63,603 bases of DNA, filler included, from Globobulimina sp. (GCA_003354225.1; 47 parts of 47 records of this genome joined end to end with filler, not necessarily neighbours in it), one strand, 5' to 3'. Shown: positions 10,849 to 22,952, counted from the whole stretch's first letter. The notes: a model not told the origin generated them from the letters alone. A program made the numbers and translations.

Positions 10849-11746
10849 CTTTTTGCTGCGAATCTTGGCGCGAATCTGGACGTTTATAATCATTTTGATT
10901 GTTTGTGGATCGATCATAGCCACCTCTCGTATCCCTATTTTTATTGTCCCTTCGCGAGTCTCCATATTTATATTCACTTCGCGATTCTCGGTCATATCTA
11001 CGTTTTTTGTATGGTGGTGTATATGGTGCCTGATTTGGTGGAGTTTTATATGAATCTCGACCTCGATCCCGACTGTCCCTCAATCTCTTTCTTAATCTTT
11101 TATTATTTCTCGACAGCTTATTATTGTATTTTTGAGCTAATTTGGGACAATTTCTTTTAAGATGCGGTCCCCCACAGTTATAACATTTTATTTTCTTAAT
11201 ATATTTCTCCTGCTTATCCCTCACCACATTTCCACCAACTTCCTTCCCTCTATTTTCACCAACATCTTCCATCACAATATCAATATCACCATTTCCTACA
11301 TATAATATTTTACATTCACTCGGTAGATTTTCAATCTCATATAATTTGCTTTCATCGCAATTCATATGCATCTTCCATAAATGTGTAAACTCTGATGATT
11401 TCCAGCTCAAAATACCTTCATCATTAAAATCCCTCCATTTATTCACATAAAAAGCAATCGATACCTTCTGCCAAAAATTACTCGCGGTCATCAATCTGTC
11501 ATTTATCAAAGTGAATATTTGCGTTTTTGCAAAGATCCTCATTTCATTTATATTTCCAATAATGAGAGCATATAATTTGTTAAATTTTATATCCTTTGAT
11601 GAATATGTTAATAACGTATCTATGGCCCTTAATGTGATGGTTGACCATAACGTATGAAATGACATTTTACTGCTTAAAAATTTCTTTAATGCAGATTTTA
11701 TATTCGCACCATAACTTAGATGTATTTTCCAATGACTTGCCCACAT
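10849..11746 (-). mobile_element. Retrotransposon gag-like ORF with a CCHC zinc knuckle
   Basis: KCYNCGGPHLKRNCP (CX2CX3HX4C variant) after a helical region, followed by a basic R/D-rich tail; no introns. Confidence 0.55.
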
Positions 11747-12206
11747 AAACTTAATTAAATAAAATGGATCTCAGAAACCATAAATTAAAAAATAAATAAA
11801 TTCTTTTAATGCTATTTTTAACTCCGCATGTTTTAATAAATTAATTCCATCACTTTTATTAATTTTATCATGCAATAAACCTCCTAAAATAATAAAGCAA
11901 TATTCACATCAAACAATCAATAAAATAAATTAAATATAACAAATAATATAATAAAAAGTTTTAAAAGATATTATTTTAAAACATTCTTCAACTGCTTACA
12001 GTATCATATGTGGTGTATAAAATGCGTAAAAATTAAACATAAAAAATAAAGATAAGACCCGATACTAAAAATATATGAGCACACAAACGCAATACACGCA
12101 CGTANNNNNNNNNNNNNNNNNNNNNNNNNNNNNNNNNNNNNNNNNNNNTTAATTAATTAANNNNNNNNNNNNNNNNNNNNNNNNNNNNNNNNNNNNNNNN
12201 NNNNCC

Positions 12207-13196
12207 GCTAGCTCTGATTCTCATTCATCAGAATCAACAAATACTATCAATATTGATATTGAGGAGTTTAATGACAATCGACCAACTCGACCAGTCACAA
12301 GTAAACGGAAATCACGACGTCATTCTGTCGAAATCTCAGCAAAAATTATTGATCAATATGATGGAAATAAGGATATTCGAAATTTACGAAGAATTTATAT
12401 GAAGCAATATAATAAAAATACGATTGATAATCCAAGCAAAAGAAAAAAGAATAAATCGAATAATATGATAACCACAGAATATAAAACCACCAAAGCCGAA
12501 AAACACTATAAAAGCACAAATCGTTATCATAATACAAAGAATAATGATGTTAGCGGTACAACGATTGTACAAATACCACCGAAGCCGAAAAACATTAATG
12601 ATTTTATCAACCAAAAAATAAATATGATATATAAAGAATTATGTGAATATATTAGTGATCATACTCATTATATTGGAATGGCGGAATTTAGACATAATAA
12701 CGAGATTTGTATAGAGATTGAGTTTACCTCCAATGATAATGGTGATATTAAAGGAAAACGTTTATTAATTGGTGATGATATAAAAATAGTTGGAAAGGGT
12801 AAAATATATAAAGATGTGTTGTGGAATTATAATAAGAATAAATATGAAGGATGTGTTAAATTTGAATGGATGGACATTAATGAAAATGAAGATATAATAA
12901 CAAAGTTACTATTTAATACAAATGAGAATGATTTGGATATGGAGCATTTATATTTTGAGGGCAAATGTTATCAATACACTGCAGCTGGTGCTGGCACATC
13001 AAATTCAGATATGATCCATGAAGGAGTTTTTAATATGGTTTGTGTATCGATGCGAAAAAGACATTGTTTCAAACGGAATGGGTTGTTAAATTATCATGAA
13101 ATGGATTATAATAAGGAATTAAAAACGGTAGCAAAATACATAAAATGTATGAATGTAACATCAGTCAAAATGCATCAGATCTTTCTACAAAGCTAA
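12207..13196 (+). CDS. Hypothetical protein, 5' partial
   Basis: About 330 codons open from the contig edge; no motif recognised. Confidence 0.55.
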   Translation, partial: ASSDSHSSESTNTINIDIEEFNDNRPTRPVTSKRKSRRHSVEISAKIIDQYDGNKDIRNLRRIYMKQYNKNTIDNPSKRKKNKSNNMITTEYKTTKAEKHYKSTNRYHNTKNNDVSGTTIVQIPPKPKNINDFINQKINMIYKELCEYISDHTHYIGMAEFRHNNEICIEIEFTSNDNGDIKGKRLLIGDDIKIVGKGKIYKDVLWNYNKNKYEGCVKFEWMDINENEDIITKLLFNTNENDLDMEHLYFEGKCYQYTAAGAGTSNSDMIHEGVFNMVCVSMRKRHCFKRNGLLNYHEMDYNKELKTVAKYIKCMNVTSVKMHQIFLQS

Positions 13197-13560
13197 AATA
13201 ATAAACTAACTTTGTTATATATTTTGTCACATATTATGTCGAATATTTATTTCGTATACAAATATTTAAAAAACCAACGATTAGTTCATTAGGCTTTAAC
13301 TTCTAAACACTTCTTTTGTGATTGGCAAGGTTTTTGGGTTAGCTAGAGTGGCAAAAGTCAAATGTCTATATTTAACGATGAGTTCATAGATAACAACCAC
13401 ACCACCAAGTCGCGCGTTTTTGGTGATCGGATTTCGAATTTTACAGATAGCCCTAATCCTNNNNNNNNNNNNNNNNNNNNNNNNNNNNNNNNNNNNNNNN
13501 NNNNTTAATTAATTAANNNNNNNNNNNNNNNNNNNNNNNNNNNNNNNNNNNNNNNNNNNN

Positions 13561-13921
13561 TGATATTGAAATTTAATCCAGTCTCACTTTCAAAGGAATG
13601 AAGGGTGGCATTTTTTGTTTGAGATATTACATTTAATAGTCCTGGATTATAATCTTTATCTTTTAGCACCTCGATGGAGGTTGTTTTCCCTGTTCGCGAC
13701 CTCCCGACAAATATAATATTACGAACATTGCCAGTATCAATAACTGGTAAAGAAGTGGTATCGCCACAATCTGATGGATGGCGACCGCAACAATAAAAAA
13801 GTGTAGCAATAAAACCGAAAACTAAAAGGAGCCCAATACATATTCCAACATATTTTATTGTGAAAGTAGCATGTTTTGTGATATTTTGGTTTTCAATCGG
13901 TGCGTTAATATTGCTTGCCAT
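13561..13921 (-). CDS. Membrane-anchored AIG1/GIMAP-like P-loop GTPase, 3' partial
   Basis: TM segment (YVGICIGLLLVFGFIATLFY), then NIIFVGRSRTGKTT (G1) and SQTK (G2). Confidence 0.75.
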
Positions 13922-13959
13922 GCAGTACAACGTAAAAACTTGTCAGAGCTAAAAAAAAG

Positions 13960-14816
13960 TTATTTATCTTTTTTATGATTCTTATACAATAAATTTCTCA
14001 ATCGTTTATTCCTTTTATTCCTCAAATGGTGGTGCCGCATGAATGAGAATTTCTTCTTTTGTTGCAATTGATTTGCGAAAACACTCTCTTTGTATACAGT
14101 TAATGATTTTACATTGTATGATCGGGTTTGTTGCACAATATGTTTGAACAATGTTCTCTTTTGAGACTGCACATTATCTCTCAATTTATCAGCATAAAAC
14201 ATCTCTCCTTTTCCAATTGGAATAACACACAAAAAAAATATTTGTCCGTGGATTGTTTCATAGATTGACTGCAATGATGGATTGGATTCGGATTTGAATT
14301 GATTAATATACTCATCATACTCACTCTCGTTGTTGTTGCATATATTCTGTGTCAATGTTGATATAATCATTGAAAGTTTGCCTTCCATTCCCAGAAATAA
14401 GTCAGTAAACAAAGCAAATGCTTCCAATTCGCTTTCAGTGATTCCATTTTCAACAGAAACCAATAAATAAACATGATGAATGCGAGTGAAGTTGAGATCA
14501 ATACATCGATTTATTAAATCCAAAATAATGGCAGACGTATTTGCAGCTGCCAAATCTCGCAACATTCTGTGAAAAAAAGGTGATGAATCCATAATGTTGA
14601 CATTCAATTTGTTGTTATTAATAACTCCTTCTAATTCCGTGTCAAATATATGAATTATGTCATTCTCGTAGGCGTTGGAAATGATATTAAGTAATCCGGT
14701 GTCATTTAAACTTTCCTCATTTTGAAGCACTGCAATTGAACTTGTTATTGCTGCTTTCGATGAACCGATGAATATAATATTGCGAAGATTGGAAACTGCT
14801 TTGTTTTGGTACGTAT
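13960..14816 (-). CDS. AIG1/GIMAP-like paralogue with degenerate GTPase motifs, 5' partial
   Basis: LRNIIFIGSSKAAITSSIAVL..GLLNIIS aligns with the neighbour's VRNIIFVGRSRTGKTTSIEVL..GLLNVIS; G3 position reads IMDSSPFF. Confidence 0.65.
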
Positions 14817-14916
14817 NNNNNNNNNNNNNNNNNNNNNNNNNNNNNNNNNNNNNNNNNNNNTTAATTAATTAANNNNNNNNNNNNNNNNNNNNNNNNNNNN
14901 NNNNNNNNNNNNNNNN

Positions 14917-16172
14917 ACCTCTTGTGCTTCTTGCACAGTCCTTGGTCTTGGTGCCTACTGCATCGATTCCTCTGGTATTACCATACAATGTCACACAAAC
15001 ATGTATGTAGCCCATATTTCGTGCCATGTGATACAAACATGCACGAGCAATGTAAGCAGAATTGCAGAATTGATTGTTGAATTGGAACGTTTACAGATTG
15101 TTGAATTGAGGAATTTCAGTGCCATTTTACAGATTGTTGCATTGCGATATTTACATTTATGCAGAGTCTTACGCATTGTTGATGCCTTTTATGGATTGTT
15201 GTGGAATTGCCATACAATGAGAGATGTTATTTTGATGCGATGCTCAGTCTTTACAATTGTTTTTGGCGTTTTTGGTGATTTCATATATTGGCGTTTTTGG
15301 GAGCTGTTTTGTTGTGTTTATGAGCTGCGAATGTTCCATATCGCCGTAATGTGTTTTGTTGTCCTGTTATGTGTATTGTTTATATTGTGGTTGTTTGTGT
15401 TGTATACAGTGTTGTGTTTTTGGGTCATGAATGTGTTTTACGTTGTCACTTGCATTATGCGTTTTGTTGCAGTCTTCCATTACTCTCTCTCTCACTCTTT
15501 CTGGATATTCATTGTACCATCTGGCACGTTGATAGTTGTTGTAGTACTGGACCGTTGTCAGTACTTCGCTGTTTTTAGCAGTAAAAGTAATTTACACCAC
15601 TCCTTTACCCACTTTCCTTCCAGTTTCCAGTTTGCATATTTGTACATTCAGATCAGTTTGCAATCTCATTTTGTTGACGCAACCCATATTATGTCCCAGC
15701 CAGCCGCCAGTAAGCCAGGCAATAAGAAGAAGAGGACTACAATACAGCCGCCCTCGTCGAAGAAAACACGTACAGCCGCCGGTTCTGTCGAGTCCGTCCC
15801 TGGTAAGCCGCCCAAACGACGTTCTGCCCGTATTCGCGCGATGAATAATGTACCCGGTGTCATTACCCGCACTATCGTTGAAACTGATGGCGAAGATGAG
15901 AATATTGTTAGTGTGCGCGCAAAATGTCAAAACATACATCATATGATGTTTCTACACTGAAATTAAAACTTTTTCTACTCTTTCGTAGTGAGAGTACTGT
16001 CGACCATGGGTTCGTCAGTAGTCAAAGTCTTCCAGTCTTTGGCTTTCTTTAGTACCTCTTGTGCTTCTTGCACAGTCCTTGGTCTTGGTGCCTACTGCAT
16101 CGATTCCTCTGGTATTACCATACAATGTCACAAAAACATGTATGTAGCCCATATTTCGTGCCATGTGATACA
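14917..16172. repeat. Contig with a 119-bp terminal direct repeat; 1,137-bp tandem or circular unit
   Basis: 14917-15035 equals 16054-16172 except for one base (TCACACAAAC vs TCACAAAAAC). Confidence 0.9.
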
Positions 16173-16273
16173 NNNNNNNNNNNNNNNNNNNNNNNNNNNN
16201 NNNNNNNNNNNNNNNNTTAATTAATTAANNNNNNNNNNNNNNNNNNNNNNNNNNNNNNNNNNNNNNNNNNNNA

Positions 16274-16477
16274 GGGGGATGGCGGGAACAAGGACGTAAG
16301 AATATTACTTTTGTGATAGGTGGTTATGCTGGTCTTTGCAGCTCTGTTTTGCGGAAAACAGATATGGTTTTATCATTATCTAAAATGACATTCACCCATG
16401 AAATGACCCGGGTTATTCTTCTTGAACAGTTATATCGGGCCTTCTCAATACTAGCAGGCTCAAAATACCATAAATAA
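16274..16477 (+). CDS. rlmH: 23S rRNA (pseudouridine-1915-N3)-methyltransferase, C-terminal part (bacterial)
   Basis: ITFVIGGYAGL..LSLSKMTFTHEMTRVILLEQLYRAFSILAGSKYHK*; not in the ORF track. Confidence 0.95.
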   Translation, partial: GGWREQGRKNITFVIGGYAGLCSSVLRKTDMVLSLSKMTFTHEMTRVILLEQLYRAFSILAGSKYHK

Positions 16478-16494
16478 TTCATACCGTTCAGCAA

Positions 16495-16629
16495 TTACAC
16501 AGACACAACTTCTTCTACTCCAGGAACTTCAGCTTTTAAGAACTTCTCAATCCCCTCTTTGACCGTTACCTGAGACATTGGACATCCGTTACAAGCTCCT
16601 GTGAGTTGTACCTTTACTATACCTTCCAA
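16495..16629 (-). CDS. NifU C-terminal (Nfu-type Fe-S carrier) protein, 5' truncated
   Basis: [42 protein letters not shown] with the CxxC motif; convergent with rlmH. Confidence 0.9.
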   Translation of the reverse strand: MEGIVKVQLTGACNGCPMSQVTVKEGIEKFLKAEVPGVEEVVSV

Positions 16630-16630
16630 C

Positions 16631-17383
16631 ATTGTATTAAAGGTAGCAAATTTTGGAACTAGTACTATTAACATAGGAGATACAATTCCAATTGGTATAG
16701 AAGTAAATGGAAGTCCGGCAGTAATGGAGTCATTTATTCTAACAGCAGTTTTAACAACTGGAAATTCTCAATTCTTTGTATCAGTAAATACCTTCGATTT
16801 CACAACTGTTGGTAGTTACGATATAGTAGCATATACTGAAATGTTCGATGATGTAGTTAATTTAAATGATACAATTTATGGAACAATATTCAATTATGGT
16901 ACTTTAGTATATGATTTAGGCCCTGATATTATTACAACCCAACCTGATACTGTAGTACTAGATGCCGGATCTGTTTATGTATCCTATTTATGGCAAGATG
17001 CAACCACCCTTCAAACATTTGATGTAGATACAGAAGCCTGGTACTATGTAACAGTTACGGATACAAATGGATGTGTTGGAAATGATTCGATATATGTAGG
17101 GAATAGTTTATCAACAAATCAATTGTTTGCAATGGAAAATTCTGTATCAATTTATCCAAATCCAAGTAACGGAATTTTCACAATAAATGCTATTAACGAA
17201 TTTGTTAATGATTGGATCATTGAATTAATTGATGTTCAAGGTCAGTTGGTCTATCAAATTAAAATTGATGATGTAAGATACTTCAGCAAAACAATTGATG
17301 TGTCTGCATTTGCCCAAGGGCTTTATTATATCAAAATAAATAATAACAAAGGATATATGGTTGATAAAATAATTATCAGATAA
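16631..17383 (+). CDS. Bacteroidota secreted protein with a T9SS type A C-terminal sorting domain, 5' partial
   Basis: [58 protein letters not shown] Ig-like repeat. Confidence 0.92.
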   Translation: MVLKVANFGTSTINIGDTIPIGIEVNGSPAVMESFILTAVLTTGNSQFFVSVNTFDFTTVGSYDIVAYTEMFDDVVNLNDTIYGTIFNYGTLVYDLGPDIITTQPDTVVLDAGSVYVSYLWQDATTLQTFDVDTEAWYYVTVTDTNGCVGNDSIYVGNSLSTNQLFAMENSVSIYPNPSNGIFTINAINEFVNDWIIELIDVQGQLVYQIKIDDVRYFSKTIDVSAFAQGLYYIKINNNKGYMVDKIIIR

Positions 17384-17399
17384 CTGTATCATTACAAAT

Positions 17400-17435
17400 A
17401 AAAACCCCTGTAATTAGCAATTACAGGGGTTTTTT
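17400..17435 (+). terminator. Rho-independent terminator
   Basis: AAAACCCCTGTAATT-agc-AATTACAGGGGTTTTTT, 17 bp after the stop codon. Confidence 0.9.
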
Positions 17436-17628
17436 GACTATGTTTTATTATAATTCACATAAAAAGTTGACAATAATAATTTTTTTTAATAAATTTATAT
17501 GTTTGTTGGATTTTACATCTAATAAATANNNNNNNNNNNNNNNNNNNNNNNNNNNNNNNNNNNNNNNNNNNNTTAATTAATTAANNNNNNNNNNNNNNNN
17601 NNNNNNNNNNNNNNNNNNNNNNNNNNNN

Positions 17629-18884
17629 ACTCATTTCTTTTTAAAATATTTATACTATCAATATTATCCACAAACTCTATACAAATAAAATATTCACCAT
17701 GGTTTGAATTGAAAAGATATGAATTTGTTGAATGTTTGATTTCATTTCCAACCAAATATATTTTATTTATTACATAATTAATTATATTCCAATTTGATTT
17801 TCTAAATAAAATTTCAGCTTCTTTCATTGAAGTTGGTTTTTCTGTCCCATGCACTTGATTTTGTGATTGCCATTCACAGTCAACCTGTAATTTATCTTTT
17901 GCGCTACAATACAATGCAGCACAATTACGAAGATATAAACTGGTGAATGATCGCACGTGACTCCCAAATCGGTTGTCCATAATTCTACACATTCTATCCA
18001 TGAAGGACTAAGATTTGTATTGTGTTTCTCAACAAAATATATTGCGAGAATGTTGTCAAGATTATAGTGTGAATTATTTGAATCTCTGAAGTTGATATTA
18101 TCACTAAGCTTTCGGCTCACGTAAAGAAGCCATTGTCAAAGTGTTTAATTGAAAGTTATTTGATGTTTTCAATCACAAAAACTACACTACTTAAACGAAC
18201 ACCACACAACAACAACACACGTAAAAAGCTAAAAATAATATAAAGATAACCATAAAATATTACTAAATCATAGCAAACTATGATTCTTTCTTAAATATAA
18301 TTATTTCAATAAAAAATAAAAATAAACAAAGTCCGATACCAAGATTGAAATAATACTAATAATGCAATGTCGCTCTGCAAGCCAATATACTCGTATTTTC
18401 TTTCATTAATTGCAATTCCATTTTTATTTCTTTTAAAAGTATTTGAATATTTTTGCTGGATTCGACTGCAGGCGCTTGCATGAAAGCAATTGGTCTCCTC
18501 CTGATCGCTTTATTATTGCGTTCCTTTCTAGTGCACAATAACAAAGAATAAAGAGTACCATTGGTCCATTTATCCATACCAGCACTAACCACCAATGTAT
18601 CATGTTCAAATATATAATGCAAATAAATATTTTCATCATTTTTATCCAATTCCTTTTCAAATGACCTCACTAATTGTTCCATTGGGGAACAATACCAAAT
18701 TCCTAACTCAACTTCATCAAATTCCTGATCATTACTGTGTTGTTCATCATTATCCATATAACCCAATGCATCAATATCAAATATATTATTCTTCACCTCA
18801 TCACATGTTTTTTTACTTTGTGACACTTGTAATAGTCTATTTTCACAAATAGCTGTCTTCATTTCCTCAGCAGCTCTTGCTCGC
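17629..18884 (-). pseudogene. Possible fragmented hAT-like DDE transposase
   Basis: VSAGMDKWTN (D-x-W-T), LACRATLHY (CxxH-like position) and DNRFGSH (TRW/F-x-S-like) in the expected order across broken ORFs; weak. Confidence 0.3.
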
Positions 18885-18984
18885 NNNNNNNNNNNNNNNN
18901 NNNNNNNNNNNNNNNNNNNNNNNNNNNNTTAATTAATTAANNNNNNNNNNNNNNNNNNNNNNNNNNNNNNNNNNNNNNNNNNNN

Positions 18985-19621
18985 AGAAATATCCAAAATA
19001 TCATGGATTGGAACATTATACATTGCATTCACGGAAATAAAGCGAATAAGCGAGTACATAATAGACATAAACATGGATAACAATTTAATATATAAATCAC
19101 TGCAATTTGAATATCCAATGGAGACGGAAGCATTCCATCGGTCAACATATATCATTTGGACCCGAGAGAGAGGGAAAACGCACCAGTTTGGGACACAAAG
19201 TAACAAACTCCAATCGGCGATAATTTGCCAATGTAAAGGGAACTACAAAATATGTACAAAGTGCATACTCATAAAATTGACATTATTAAGAAAGGAAATA
19301 GCAAAGAAAAAAGGAACAACATTGAAGCAAACAGACTATATCTTTACAGCAACAAATAAGAAAGGAATAGAGATACCAATTAATAAATACATGGTAGGAG
19401 CAAAGATAAAAGAATTATGCGCAAAAACAGGATACGATCCAGAATATTATACACCACATGGAATGAGAAAAGGAGGGACACAGAAAGCAATAGAAAGAGG
19501 AGTTCCATTGCCGCAAATACAAAAGCAAGCGGACTGGAAAGGACCAGCAATGATATTTAGATATAATAACAATATAACAATAAAAAATCAAATCAAAGTA
19601 TTAAAAAAAGCATATGCATAG
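18985..19621 (+). mobile_element. Tyrosine recombinase of a DIRS/Ngaro/Crypton-type element, 5' partial
   Basis: AFTEIKRISEY (catalytic R), YTPHGMRKGG (HxxR), ADWKGPAMIFRY (W and catalytic Y). Confidence 0.85.
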
Positions 19622-20340
19622 AAATAAAATTATTTAAATTTAATTTAACAACTTGCAAGAAAACGAAACACAAAAAACCACACCAAAGATAAGGGAGACG
19701 AATGGTAATATAAACTACAGGAACGAATGGTATATGGAGTGTTTCTGGCTATCCTATAAATCCGTAAATAGCCACAAACATGAAGTAGCCTGCCTAGTTA
19801 TTACCATACGTCCTAACAAACATACACAGGTATCATCGGGTATAATCCACTATTCCGTACCAATGACTCTTCCTTTTATTCATAAAATATGCATATATAA
19901 TACCTGAGCATCACTTCCCTTTAAAAATTAAGCCACCACCTATATCATACCTGGATTTTTAGCTGATGCAAAATTGAGAGCCACCGGATTGTATCCATTG
20001 ACAGCTGATAACCGATAACATCCATTCAATTAAAGTGGTTTCATTTTTTATTATTAAAATCACAGAATTAATTTGCGAATATGTTATCTTCTCAGTGTTT
20101 GGTTTGTATATTTTGTAATATCCTCTTTTTGCAGTGTTTGTTGTATAATCAATATTATTCATTTTCTTTTCTTGTTTATAATCCATATTTTGATTGACTG
20201 TCATTTTTGTTGTTGGGTTTGGAATTCGTTTCTGTTGTTTNNNNNNNNNNNNNNNNNNNNNNNNNNNNNNNNNNNNNNNNNNNNTTAATTAATTAANNNN
20301 NNNNNNNNNNNNNNNNNNNNNNNNNNNNNNNNNNNNNNNN

Positions 20341-21540
20341 CAAATACTTGAGCCAATACATAATGTGAGATATACTGAGATAATCTTTCATTACTTTATG
20401 CTGCAAATGTGCTACGTCTAAACCTGCTATTTTTCCAATGCTTTTCCTGATTTTCTCAATCTTAATGTCCATTTTCTGTATGACATATTCTTCGGAGCCC
20501 ATTGGGATATTAAGGCATTCCGAATTGCCATGTTGATTGATTTTGAATTTCTTCAAGTCTTCGGACAGTAGATCCCATATAAGATCTTTGTGTCCGGCAC
20601 ACGTAATGATACTCTTTGATTCGTTCAAATAAAAACCAAAGACTGGCCCTAAGATTTTGACCATTTTAATATAGAGATTGGCGTCGGCGATTTTCATTAA
20701 TTCCCAGGTGTCGTCAACGTAGCCGGCTTCGCCCAATTTGTGGAAATCCGGTTTAATTTCAAGGCATTTTTGTGTGACTAAGTCATTAAAATGCTTCGCA
20801 ACGACTGCGGTTATTGTATTTGACGAAGTGCTGCCTTGTCCCAATCCCTCTTCGTTTAGCAGCCAATCATTGGTTGCCATATAAATGTAATATGGTTTGT
20901 GGTACAATTGGAAGGCCTGCGGATACATTATAGGCACTTTGGTGTGTATCAGATCCAAAGTGATTTTGCGACTTACATTGTTGAAGAAATTACTCCAATC
21001 TTTTTGCACAATAATCAAATCTGTATTTTTCTTAATGTGATTTAGGGCGCCTTCAAACCCCATAATCATACCCCCGCCCCTGACTTATCTGTACATATTT
21101 GGGTGGGGTCTATAGCTGCTTCGATTTGATTAGTTGCCAAATCCTGGCCAATCATCGTCGAAATCGTTATTAATGAATTGCTTATTATGATTGGTCTGAT
21201 ATCGCAGATTCGACCATTTTTCACCTTATTCGCCGGTATCAATCTACCGCCATTTATGTACGGCGCAACTTCTTCATTCATCTCAGCATTAATCAGCATT
21301 TTGAAGATAGCTTCGAATGCATTTTCCAATTCTGTGCCGTTTCGTTGCTTCCATAGTTGAATAATATGGTTGTTGGATAAACCAATAATTCCCGGCGCCG
21401 CACAGTCATTCAATTTATTAATAAATTTGTCCATTTGCTGAATTTCAATCTTCTTCGTAATGTGTTCCGTTGTCAATGGTCGTTTTTCCACAATTTGGCC
21501 TGACGGGAATTTCGATTTTAGTAATTTCATTTTTTCATGT
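20341..21540 (-). mobile_element. Non-LTR retrotransposon reverse transcriptase (CRE-like), frameshifted near 21066-21069
   Basis: GRLIPANK..DIRPIII, DWSNFFNNVSR, GLGQGS, GYVDD, GFYLNESKS, LNIPMGSEEY; two consecutive ORFs in different frames. Confidence 0.85.
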
Positions 21541-22175
21541 CGATGGGGCGCGCCCTTGGCGCCCCTAGAACATAATAATAAAAAATAATATTCCCGNNNN
21601 NNNNNNNNNNNNNNNNNNNNNNNNNNNNNNNNNNNNNNNNTTAATTAATTAANNNNNNNNNNNNNNNNNNNNNNNNNNNNNNNNNNNNNNNNNNNNATGC
21701 ATAAAAAACAATATGTAGGCAATCCATACTATATCGGAAGCGATATAAATGTCGAGGTAATTGCGCGGATTTGGACCGTATTTGACGCTACGTTTAATGT
21801 AATCAGACACTAAAAATACCCATCCCGCTCTGACAAATGCTACTAATAATAACGAGACATATAATAGGAATCTGAAAAACATCCAAATCCAAATGAAACG
21901 AGAACCAAAATTTAATACTAACTGGGCTGATAATTTCGAAACTAACCATATTTCGGATAATATGCCTTTGGCGGATATATTGGAATTCCGTGGATTAAGA
22001 AAATCCATAAATGACGACATGTGAGATATGGATGGTGAGCGTTTCAGATAAGAATCCATTGAACGCGCGATACTTGAAATTGAATCGGAAACAACCATTA
22101 ATCTCAAAAGCTAGCGAGGAAACGAAAACTTAAAGTTTTGGAGAATGAATAGTACAAATGTTCGAATTTATATGA

Positions 22176-22952
22176 TTACAATTTTTGAATTTCCTGAAAT
22201 ATCTTTAAACGATGTTGCCAATTTTGTATTCCAAAATCAATTTTTAAATGATTCTTTGTCATTTTTTTTAATCCAACTCCATTTACTTCATCTTCTTCAA
22301 ATTTATGTTTCAAATCATACTTTTGAGCCAATTCTTTCATATTATCCGTATCACACCATTCCAATACTTCATTCACAGTCCAATCTTTCACATTTTTGCT
22401 TAGTTTTCTTTTTTTTGTTTGTGGTCCATCCCTTTCTCTTTTAATATTATTATCACAGTCATCATCACTAATAACTATAACATCAATTGCTTCTCTTTGC
22501 CTTTTTCTTTTTCTTTTTGGTTTTATCATTAATATTTTATTATTTTTTACATCCTCCAAAGGTGGCATAACTGGCATCATTGGTCGGTTTGAATCCGATG
22601 TATTTAAATCTTGTTTTAATTCTTCATCCCGCACTATATCAATATCACTGCAGTTCAAAACAACCACATCGCTGTCGACCTCCTCAAAAACAACAGCTTC
22701 GTCATCACTATATCTTGGATTCTTATGATGTAATCTTCTATGCGTCTTCCATTGGCGTACCACATCAAATCGTTCTGCACATCCATCCATACCGCATTCC
22801 CATGGTTTTATATTATGAATCTTTCTAAGATGCGTTGCCAAAATATATTCATCCGCATACATTTTGCCACATTCCTCGCATTCGACTTTATTCTTATTAT
22901 TATTATTGTTGTTGTTTCTTTTATTCGAATTTATTATATTAGTGCGGTTTTC
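22176..22952 (-). CDS. C2H2 zinc finger protein with a C-terminal SAM domain, 5' partial
   Basis: CEECGKMY..HLRKIH and WECGMDGCAERF..HRRLH fingers; KDWTVNEVLEWC..FEEDEVNGVGL..FGIQNWQHRLKIFQEI SAM domain. Confidence 0.85.
   Translation of the reverse strand, partial: ENRTNIINSNKRNNNNNNNKNKVECEECGKMYADEYILATHLRKIHNIKPWECGMDGCAERFDVVRQWKTHRRLHHKNPRYSDDEAVVFEEVDSDVVVLNCSDIDIVRDEELKQDLNTSDSNRPMMPVMPPLEDVKNNKILMIKPKRKRKRQREAIDVIVISDDDCDNNIKRERDGPQTKKRKLSKNVKDWTVNEVLEWCDTDNMKELAQKYDLKHKFEEDEVNGVGLKKMTKNHLKIDFGIQNWQHRLKIFQEIQKL

Noticed and set aside
16273-21596. Apparent cluster of T9SS protein, tyrosine recombinase and reverse transcriptase (retron- or DGR-like system)
   Set aside because: The genes lie on separate contigs ordered only by length; the RT is non-LTR type and no template/variable repeat pair is visible.
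13291-22115. Scattered in-frame stops (near 13340 and 22020-22050) as evidence of an alternative genetic code
   Set aside because: TAA, TAG and TGA all terminate well-conserved genes elsewhere in the window; pseudogenes or errors explain these better.
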